A DNA stretch of 64,000 nucleotides, from positions 1 through 64,000 of IMG/VR virus record IMGVR_UViG_3300048839_001082. One strand, 5' to 3'. This DNA comes from a virus. Below the pieces are notes generated by a model. It was not told the DNA's origin and searched no databases. It saw only the letters and a program-made list of their open reading frames with translations. The stretch's first letter is position 1, and the number at the start of each line of letters is the position of its first letter. Shown one piece after another: positions 36,876 to 44,211 of the stretch. Both the position numbers and the translations under genes were made by a program.

Positions 36876-37176
36876 TAACGAACGATGAGATGACGGGTTA
36901 GCGCCGTCATTGGTCAGAAGACTCCTTTCTCCGTAAACGCTGCTTCATGCGAGCTCATCGTTCGTTATTCTAACTGTCCTGCTCGGATACGTCCCTGAGA
37001 GTATTGGACGAAAGGCATTAAAAGCAGCTGAGACTTGGTTGCAACTCATGAGGCAGCTGTGCTATAAGTCGATCGAAATCTGGGAAGAGCCGGGATGTCT
37101 GTGTCCCGTAGTAAGAAAACAGAATAGGTTGAGACTGTACTGCCGAACCAGTACGCCGGAAGGACAGTAACCGGCA
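36876..37176 (+). ncRNA. putative structured RNA(s) D/E downstream of tRNA-Arg
   Basis: Perfect 14-bp stem 36876-36889/36954-36967; 8-bp pairing 36973-36980/37161-37168; three TGAGA T-loop-like hairpins. Confidence 0.5.
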
Positions 37177-37188
37177 TCCTACAATTGC

Positions 37189-37509
37189 ATGGAGAATGAT
37201 GTGACAGATTTCAGTAAACCTTTTGTTGTAAATTCGAATCCGTTCGGCTCTTTCGGAAGGGACTTTGAGAAGCTCGTTCCGAGACTCGAAGACATTCCTG
37301 AAGATTTCGATAATAAGCGTAAGTGGGAGGAGTGGCAGTCTGAATGGTTTTTCTCAGGTCTGACACCGACTCCGACACCTCGCCCTGGAATTGATGTCGA
37401 TTTGGCATTGCGACATCTCGCCGCAATTCAGCGTTCGTGGGAACCAAAGCACGAGCACAAGCAGATCTACGTAGCCTATCTTGCCAGTCTCTGGTTTGAA
37501 CATCCTTGA
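37189..37509 (+). CDS. hypothetical phage protein (SWEPKHEHK motif)
   Basis: Plausible composition; coupled to the next ORF. Confidence 0.6.
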   Translation: MENDVTDFSKPFVVNSNPFGSFGRDFEKLVPRLEDIPEDFDNKRKWEEWQSEWFFSGLTPTPTPRPGIDVDLALRHLAAIQRSWEPKHEHKQIYVAYLASLWFEHP

Positions 37510-37520
37510 AAGGAATTATT

Positions 37521-37856
37521 ATGATGAACACTGAAATGTTGGCCGCTTTTGAATCCGCCAAAAATGAAATTCAGAGAATTCTGGAAGACTGTGAAAAGAC
37601 GAGAGGTAAGAAATTCCGGGTGTATGTCGAACTGATGCAAACGCTGACACTGCTCTTTCAGTCCGGTGGAGTTGGGACCGGAATTCTCACCGCAAAAACG
37701 GCTGAAGTTTGCGGAGCAATCAGCGTGGAACTCGGCCTCAGTGATGCGGACAGCCGAGAAGCATTGAATATCGTGAGATCTCTCGAAAAGATCGGCAAAG
37801 AATTGGGAGATAAATTGTCACTTGCCCGAGCGGACGGTGTGTCCAATTTGAACTAA
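37521..37856 (+). CDS. hypothetical protein
   Basis: AAGGA RBS before ATG 37521. Confidence 0.65.
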   Translation: MMNTEMLAAFESAKNEIQRILEDCEKTRGKKFRVYVELMQTLTLLFQSGGVGTGILTAKTAEVCGAISVELGLSDADSREALNIVRSLEKIGKELGDKLSLARADGVSNLN

Positions 37857-37867
37857 AGAAGGCAATC

Positions 37868-37981
37868 ATGAACAAACAAAAAGGTTTCACGATTTTTGAG
37901 TTGATCGCAGCACTCGCCACTGTGGGTATTTTCAGTGTTGTAGCTTACGTGTTATTTCATTTCATCAGCAAGTTCTGGTGA
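37868..37981 (+). CDS. 37-aa prepilin-like peptide (MNKQKG/FTIFELIAALATVGIFSVVAYVLFHFISKFW)
   Basis: Class III signal: basic leader, G at -1, F at +1, E at +5, then a hydrophobic helix; GAAGG RBS; absent from the ORF track. Confidence 0.7.
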   Translation: MNKQKGFTIFELIAALATVGIFSVVAYVLFHFISKFW

Positions 37982-37986
37982 TTCGA

Positions 37987-38063
37987 GGGCCGTTAGCTCA
38001 GTCGGTAAGAGCAGCGGACTCATAATCCGTTGGTCGTTGGTTCAAGTCCAACACGGCCTACCA
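37987..38063 (+). tRNA. tRNA with CAT anticodon, most likely tRNA-Ile2 (lysidine) rather than Met
   Basis: Cloverleaf with GCGGA-CTCATAA-TCCGT arm and CCA; lacks initiator features; resembles enterobacterial ileX-type tRNA as recalled. Confidence 0.9.
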
Positions 38064-38078
38064 ATAAGGAGATAGTTC

Positions 38079-38198
38079 TTGAAAGAGCTCTACAAACCCT
38101 TAACCGAAAAGGAAGAAAAACTCGGTGTGATACTAAGGGCCATCACTGTTGTTGGGCTCACGGTTTTTTGGGCTTTTGTAATTGCATATCAATTTTAA
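38079..38198 (+). CDS. small membrane protein, 39 aa
   Basis: AAGGAG RBS, TTG start, one hydrophobic helix. Confidence 0.5.
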   Translation: MKELYKPLTEKEEKLGVILRAITVVGLTVFWAFVIAYQF

Positions 38199-38201
38199 AC
38201 A

Positions 38202-38226
38202 GCGCGTAAATCAGTATCTTATATGA
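38202..38226 (+). promoter_or_regulatory. candidate early promoter GCG-N9-GTATCTTATATGA (copy 2)
   Basis: Exact core repeat of 34442..34454. Confidence 0.55.
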
Positions 38227-38257
38227 AGAGATCCCTCTTCTAACTTTGGAGTAAAAG

Positions 38258-38557
38258 ATGACCTCTTTCCAATGGATCAGTTTGTTGGTGACATTCACGA
38301 TCAGTTACATTTACGGATTTGTGTTGAGCATTTTCTTCATGAGTCTGTTCCTGAGCATTGGTGTGGAAGCATTGGCGGCGGTGCTTTTGGCGACCGGCGC
38401 GACCTTCCTTGTCACTCTCGGAACGATCAACCCACTCATGACAGTTTGTGAGAATGCTTCGACACTCGCTTACAGTGCATACGATAACATCCGAAAGGGT
38501 GTGAAGAGTCTTCGGAAGTCTCCGAAGAAGGATAACGTATTTATTCTCAACTTTTGA
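38258..38557 (+). CDS. membrane protein
   Basis: Two hydrophobic helices and a basic tail; GGAG RBS. Confidence 0.65.
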   Translation: MTSFQWISLLVTFTISYIYGFVLSIFFMSLFLSIGVEALAAVLLATGATFLVTLGTINPLMTVCENASTLAYSAYDNIRKGVKSLRKSPKKDNVFILNF

Positions 38558-38567
38558 AGGAGATGTC

Positions 38568-38813
38568 ATGTTCAAGACTATTGTTAATTTTCTCTTCAGT
38601 GGCCTGAGTTTCGCATGGTTCGTTCTGCTTCTCGGTGGGCTGATCACCATGTTGACCGCGCCTTCGCTGTTCGGTTTCGTGCTCGTCACGGCGGGTGCGT
38701 TGGCCACCCTCAAACTGGCCGTGGCAATCGCGTTCGGTGTCGGCGGCTTGCTCGGCGCCGGTGCGCATTATCTACGGCGGCGTTTGACAGGGCATAAGTT
38801 CGAGCAAGTATGA
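38568..38813 (+). CDS. membrane protein
   Basis: AAGGAG RBS; hydrophobic helices and a basic tail. Confidence 0.65.
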   Translation: MFKTIVNFLFSGLSFAWFVLLLGGLITMLTAPSLFGFVLVTAGALATLKLAVAIAFGVGGLLGAGAHYLRRRLTGHKFEQV

Positions 38814-39037
38814 TCGCATCTTTAAAACGTGCGGTGCTGGCCATGACAGTAGTGCTGTTTATCGGAATGCTTTTAGCGTTCTTTAGTGCACCTGTTTTCT
38901 TAGGGTTCACTATCATAACAGCCTCTGTCGTGGCCACAGTGACCACATATGCTCTGCTGGCATTTACAGTTACCTTCCTTTGGGAATGGTTGAGGAAAAA
39001 GAATGCAAAACATTCAAACAATCAATCGACCGCCTGA
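38810..39037 (+). CDS. membrane protein
   Basis: ATGA overlap; two hydrophobic helices and a basic tail. Confidence 0.6.
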   Translation: MIASLKRAVLAMTVVLFIGMLLAFFSAPVFLGFTIITASVVATVTTYALLAFTVTFLWEWLRKKNAKHSNNQSTA

Positions 39038-39302
39038 AATACTGGTAGAAGGATTCTTTGCAACGCGCAAAGATTATCCAGATATCAGTAAGCAATTTTT
39101 GGATGAGCAATCGTTCAAACAGAGTGTGAGAAGATTTACTGCTGATGATCTATACATTACAGACATAGAAAAACTAAAAGGAAATCTTTTGAATGCAATC
39201 GAGGTAGTAGGTGTTATACAGCTGTCAGGGTCGCTCATCCCATTCTTCGTCACGAAGGAAAAAGCAAAACAATTGCGAATGTTGATTGGTAGACGGAGTT
39301 GA
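39003..39302 (+). CDS. hypothetical protein
   Basis: GAGG RBS; last gene before the terminator. Confidence 0.6.
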   Translation: MQNIQTINRPPEILVEGFFATRKDYPDISKQFLDEQSFKQSVRRFTADDLYITDIEKLKGNLLNAIEVVGVIQLSGSLIPFFVTKEKAKQLRMLIGRRS

Positions 39303-39311
39303 TAAAATAAA

Positions 39312-39365
39312 CTACCAAGCACCTTAAAAAGGTGCTTGGTAGAGTTCCCTATTTTTTTTTTTCGA
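39312..39365 (+). terminator. 14-bp hairpin plus A-T11-CGA (copy 2)
   Basis: CTACCAAGCACCTT-AAA-AAGGTGCTTGGTAG then T11CGA. Confidence 0.65.
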
Positions 39366-39594
39366 AAGGGCAATGTGAGCGAGAATGAAATCAAGGGCGT
39401 GCATTTTTTGATGATTGTGATTACCTTGATTGTTCTTTCTCCTTTGTCATTTGAAATGTCGGTATTAGTGTCGATTTTAATCTATATGTATCAGAAAGAA
39501 ATGACCAAATGAAAATTTTGATCTTGCTGTTTTTATTGTATGTAATTCCAAAAATTGTCAGTAAACTTAAATAAATTGTAAATCAGGAGTCGTC

Positions 39595-42351
39595 TTGAAA
39601 TCGAGAGTAGTGGCTTCATTGACTCGGAGAATTACCACTGAAGCTGTTCTGCAAGCTCAGTTACGATTCTTAAAAGAGCATGATGTGAACTCTTATGTAA
39701 ATACTGTAATTTCTACATTATACTTGTACACAAGACCTAAAAAGGGTTACGAAACAACTTCTGTTTACATGGCTGAATTGATTTCTGCCTTGGGTCATGG
39801 TGTGCGAACAAAACTTAAGCTCAAAAGAGACTCCAATGCCGCTGCTAAACTAGGTGCATTTTTATTATATACATTCGAAGAACTTGGTTATATAAAAGTG
39901 ATATTGGGTGTGGGAACGAGACACGCCACTTATATCGTGACTGTAACCAATGACAATGCAATAGTATCGATGTGGAGTGCGATGGAAGCTTCTCATATTG
40001 AGAAATTACCGTCCGGAACTCCATATGCTCCTTGGACCAGCACAAAACATAATGCTGGAATTCGAATGGTGAAGACTAATGATAAAGGAGTACTTGATAA
40101 AATCGCTCCTGAAACTCATCCAATTTTATTCAATGTACTTAACAAAGCTCAAGCCGTCGGTTGGAGAATTCATAAAGAGATTTACGACCTTCATGCATGG
40201 GCGCTAAGGAATAAAACGGATGCATTTGCCGATATTTGGGAACAACAAAATCCCGAAGCGAAGGCTACGAAAATAAGAGAAGTTAAAGCCATCGGCGAAA
40301 TGGCAAAGAAGTTTCTTAACAGTCCAATATATCATCTCTATTATTATGATTTTCGTGGTAGGAAATACACGAATACAGCTTATTTACATGAACAGGGTAA
40401 TGATCTGGCCAGAGCTTTACTCCAAAGAATTGACGAGAAGAAAATAGGCAGAGCAGGTTATTGGTGGATGCTGGTATCAATTGCGTCAAATTGGGGTGGT
40501 GATTCTGGCAGACTTGATGGACTAAAAACTGATAAGATTCCCCTTCAAGAACGTTATTTATGGGCGTTAGATAATGAAGATATTTTATTGGCATATGCTG
40601 AAAAGCCTAAGGTACATCAAGGTTGGATGAAGGCTGACAAACCTTGGCAGTTTCTCGCAGGATGCATTGAGCTAAAAAGACTCAGAGAATGGCAGTATCA
40701 ATACGGCAGTGTTAAAAACCCATTTGAAGATTATAATTATGAATCTCACATGGAAGCCTACATTGATGGTAGCAATAATGGTTCTCAACATCTGGCTGCT
40801 TTGACGCTGGATGAAGTCACGGCGCCTCACGTAAATTTGGTTCCGTTAGAACTTCCAGGAGATCTCTATTCTTATGTGGCCGGACATGTATGGGACCATC
40901 TGCATGAGCTCTTGAAAGATTATCCAGAAGAAGAACGTGAAGACTGTGAAATCTTTATCGATAACTTGATAGAATTGAAGAAGAAGATAACTGCGGCCGA
41001 GCCTAAAAGCGATGTGAGAAGAGAATTAATAGCTTCGATTCAAACTTTTAAAGAGGCTAATCAATATATTCTAGATAAATCTGCCGCGGTGTATTGGTAC
41101 AGGATCGAAGATAATAAGCACAAAAGAAAGATCGTGAAGAGAAACGCGATGACAATTCCGTTGTAAAGGCGGAAGTAAAAGAGGGTGAATTCAGTGGACA
41201 TCCATTCGCTGTGGACAATACTGAGCCGAGCCGTTTAAACGGAAGGTGCAACGACTATCATGTAGGGCAGAAGTCTGCTCGAAGCCCCCTCCACTCCTTG
41301 AGTGATGATATAGTCTGGTCTGCATAGTAATATGCAGCTGTATTAAGCAATTGGTATGAATATGAATTGGAACGAAATCTTTATCTACAACGCAGATGGC
41401 AGTTTAACGAGGCGTTATTCAAATAATCAGCATAATACTGTTGGCTGGATAAATAGTTCAGGTTACAGAGGTGTTGTTAGAACTAAAAATAATAAATTTC
41501 AAGCACGTTTAACGCTAGAAGGTAAAAAGCTTTACTTAGGCTTGTTCGATACGCCCAAGGAAGCTTTTGATTGTGTTGAAACTACACGTAAAGAGTTGTA
41601 CGGCGAATTTGCAACTCTTAGATAAATTGCTTAATACGGGTGAAGATTAACGAACTTCATTGAACACAACGATGGTGGAACAAGTTATGGAATGGGGCAG
41701 CAGATAATTGATGATTCTAGAAAACACGGTATTGACCAGTTACTCTATTTAGAACATAAATGGGGTGCCTTCTTGGGTAGAGCCGTCTTTAATGATTGTC
41801 GATTATCTTTAAAACGCCCTATGAAGCTGTTATCAATTTTTGAAGAAGCCGGAAAGAAAGCCGAGAAACAAGGTAGATTTCTGTCTTGGACAGTGCCTAT
41901 AACAAATTTCCCAGTAGTTCAACACTACACAGAAGGTGTGGTGAAGAAGGTCTGGTGTCAATATGGTCCTCCTAGGGGTCCTCGACTCAGTACAAATTAC
42001 TTCGAAAACACTTACCAAATTTCTATTTCTTTCATCGAAGAACGTGTGCCTTCCCGAAATAAACAATCTCAAGGTGCGAGTCCCAATGCCATTCATAGCT
42101 TAGATGCAGCTCATTTGGCGTTGACCGTTGAAAGATGTGATTTCCCAGTAACTACCATTCATGATAGTTTCGGGTGTTTATTAGCTGACATGCCTGTTTT
42201 GTTCAGGACGGTTAGAGAGACTTTTGTTGAACTTTATAATGCCAATCCGTTAGAGCATTTAATGAAAGACTTAGGCTGCAATATCAATGATGTGGATAGA
42301 GGTACGCTAGATATTTCACTAATACTCGAATCTGAGTATGCATTTTCATAG
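39595..42351 (+). CDS. T7-like DNA-dependent RNA polymerase, intron-split: join(39595..41161,41672..42351), 748 aa
   Basis: DFRGRKY, motif A IDGSNNGSQH, motif B restored by splicing (RKIVKRNAMTIP-Y-GG), PNAIHSLDA, motif C TIHDSFG, C-terminal YAFS. Confidence 0.9.
41162..41671 (+). mobile_element. group I intron in the RNAP gene (510 nt)
   Basis: P1 TTCCGT/GCGGAA with U-G at the 5' splice site; P7 elements ACGACTA and GATATAGTCT; terminal G; splicing restores frame and motif B Tyr. Confidence 0.9.
41356..41625 (+). pseudogene. intron-encoded HNH-AP2 homing endonuclease remnant lacking the HNH domain
   Basis: SGYRGV...KFQAR....GKKLYLGLFDT..EA...LYGEFA AP2-type domain; no HNH motif; flanked by the TATTAAGCAATT/AATTGCTTAATA stem. 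Confidence 0.7.
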
Positions 42352-42358
42352 GATCAAA

Positions 42359-42787
42359 ATGAGATTTATTACTGACGTTTCTCAAGTGTACCGTATGGCT
42401 GGTTTAGAACATGAGTGTCCAGTTACCTTCTCTGCGACTTCATTCCCACCATATGAGTACAATCTCAAAATCCCCAAAGCTGTTGGTAAACGCTTGATTG
42501 AAAGCTTTGAAGGAGTAACACTCTATCCTGGTCGAGATTTTTTGAATGATGATGGTGGATTTGCAATAATTCTCGATTCTAAAAAGGACCTTTCAGATTC
42601 GAGATTTGGATTGCCGGATCTTAATGTCGCTGAAGCTGTTCGATTGATAAATACCGAAAATAAAGAAAGATGGGCAAGTGTACTATTTATCACGAACAAT
42701 GAAACAGGCATTGAGTATGTCTTTAATATTGATCTCTTGAATGAAGAGCAATTGGTCCAGCTTCTTCATATGCACCAGGAAGATTGA
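42359..42787 (+). CDS. hypothetical protein
   Basis: AGGA RBS before ATG 42359. Confidence 0.6.
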   Translation: MRFITDVSQVYRMAGLEHECPVTFSATSFPPYEYNLKIPKAVGKRLIESFEGVTLYPGRDFLNDDGGFAIILDSKKDLSDSRFGLPDLNVAEAVRLINTENKERWASVLFITNNETGIEYVFNIDLLNEEQLVQLLHMHQED

Positions 42788-43020
42788 TGAACAAACTCAA
42801 CATCTTGTTTGAAGGATCTCAAGGCGTCCTCTTTTCAGTTTCTCCCGAACAATTGCCGGGGTTGTTATTGAATTGTCAATTCGTGAAGAAAGAATACGAT
42901 TATGAGTTACATAAATACGTATTCACGAAAGTTGATAAAGATACATCAATAAGCATTGTTCGTGAAGAGGATATGCCTTCTTCACCCCCAACGGAGATTC
43001 CCGTTGAATCTCCTTTTTAG
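42784..43020 (+). CDS. hypothetical protein
   Basis: Coupled ORF. Confidence 0.6.
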   Translation: MMNKLNILFEGSQGVLFSVSPEQLPGLLLNCQFVKKEYDYELHKYVFTKVDKDTSISIVREEDMPSSPPTEIPVESPF

Positions 43021-43047
43021 ATCGTCAAAACAATTTCAGTTAAAATT

Positions 43048-43064
43048 GCTGTTGACTAAACCCT
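43048..43064 (+). promoter_or_regulatory. candidate phage promoter (GCTGTT-GACT-AAACCC) upstream of SSB
   Basis: Same spacing as the 7890 and 32550 motif. Confidence 0.45.
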
Positions 43065-43101
43065 AAAGGGGACTTTCTATTTCAACATTTTAAGGTAAAT
43101 A

Positions 43102-43629
43102 ATGACAATTCTGAAAGACTGCCAATTGTGGTTCGTGAAGGCAAACCCTAAGTACCCTAATGATAAGTTTAATAAAAAGAATCCGACATGGGAATGTCAG
43201 ATTCGTACAGAAAGTAAAGAACAGAAGAAGCTTTGGGAAGATCTAAAGCTCGGCGTGAAGGCAGTCGTACCCGATGAAGGTGCTCCTTTCTACCGTGTTA
43301 ATTTACGTAAGAAGTCTATTAAAGAAGATGGAACACCTGCTTCTACAGTGATCACCGTCAGTGGAAAAATGGTTGACGGAAAGCTAGAGGAAGTCAATCC
43401 TGATTCTATTGGAAACGGCTCTATTGGTAATGTTAGAATCTTCCAATATGAGTATGAGAAGGAAGTAGGTGGTAAGGGTGTTGCTACAGTACTGATGGGT
43501 ATTCAAGTCACTAAGCACATTGTGTATAAGCCTAAGAAGAGAAGCGATGATTTCGGTGAAGCAGATACTGAGACCATCGGCGAATTCGATGAAGAGGCTG
43601 TGCCTGAAGATGACGACGTAAAATATTAA
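43102..43629 (+). CDS. single-stranded DNA-binding protein (T7 gp2.5-like)
   Basis: IGNGS.GNV and L.GIQV motifs; acidic tail ending in an aromatic residue; replication context. Confidence 0.75.
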   Translation: MTILKDCQLWFVKANPKYPNDKFNKKNPTWECQIRTESKEQKKLWEDLKLGVKAVVPDEGAPFYRVNLRKKSIKEDGTPASTVITVSGKMVDGKLEEVNPDSIGNGSIGNVRIFQYEYEKEVGGKGVATVLMGIQVTKHIVYKPKKRSDDFGEADTETIGEFDEEAVPEDDDVKY

Positions 43630-43633
43630 AAAG

Positions 43634-43651
43634 AGGGGACTTCGGTCCCCT
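43634..43651 (+). terminator. UUCG hairpin/terminator
   Basis: AGGGGAC-TTCG-GTCCCCT; identical core at 56273..56288. Confidence 0.6.
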
Positions 43652-43671
43652 TAAAATTCAAAAGGATAATT

Positions 43672-44211
43672 ATGACTGTTCCGTTGCAGAAAAAAGATCC
43701 ATTCGAGCGCTTTCGTGATCTTGAGAAATTTCCTGATGATAAAAAGAAAGATCCTACTGATAGATTTACTGATCATTACACAGACCATCTCGCGAAAGAT
43801 TATAGAACACAAGCGCCTATCGAAATGACTTCTGTTGATTTGGGAAATTGGGCAGCTGAAGACGATGCCGATAAACGTTTCAGCAATGCTCTGGCCCGTG
43901 ATAACAACGAAATGATCGAAAAAGACCTAATCGCGGCCGCCGTTAACCCTTCACACCACAAAGGATTTATTGATGACCTTCAATGGATTGATGTGATGTC
44001 ACGCATACCACGATATCGAAACAATCCTGAGGCTTTTAAAGGTGCCGTAGAACTTCAAATTCGAAAGTATCTGGATAGAAATGGTCGTAAAGATAACGAA
44101 CTCCAAGAGCTCCTCAAAGGGCTTTGGTACTACAAGTATCTTTGCGCTTATATAAAGAATGGCTGCAAACCCATTCGAGGTGATGACGTGGAGAGGATTC
44201 TAGCGAAATGA
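43672..44211 (+). CDS. DUF3310/T7 gp1.7-like protein (putative nucleotide kinase)
   Basis: AVNPSH and KYLDR.GRK.N..QEL.K..WY motifs. Confidence 0.65.
   Translation: MTVPLQKKDPFERFRDLEKFPDDKKKDPTDRFTDHYTDHLAKDYRTQAPIEMTSVDLGNWAAEDDADKRFSNALARDNNEMIEKDLIAAAVNPSHHKGFIDDLQWIDVMSRIPRYRNNPEAFKGAVELQIRKYLDRNGRKDNELQELLKGLWYYKYLCAYIKNGCKPIRGDDVERILAK

Noticed and set aside
36990-37015. Hammerhead ribozyme (CTGAGAG...GACGAAA)
   Set aside because: The flanks pair as a simple CGTCC/GGACG stem around the TGAGA loop, and the three-stem hammerhead topology could not be built
39595-42351. RNAP as a pseudogene or N4-like two-subunit enzyme
   Set aside because: The break falls inside motif B and is exactly repaired by removing a canonical group I intron
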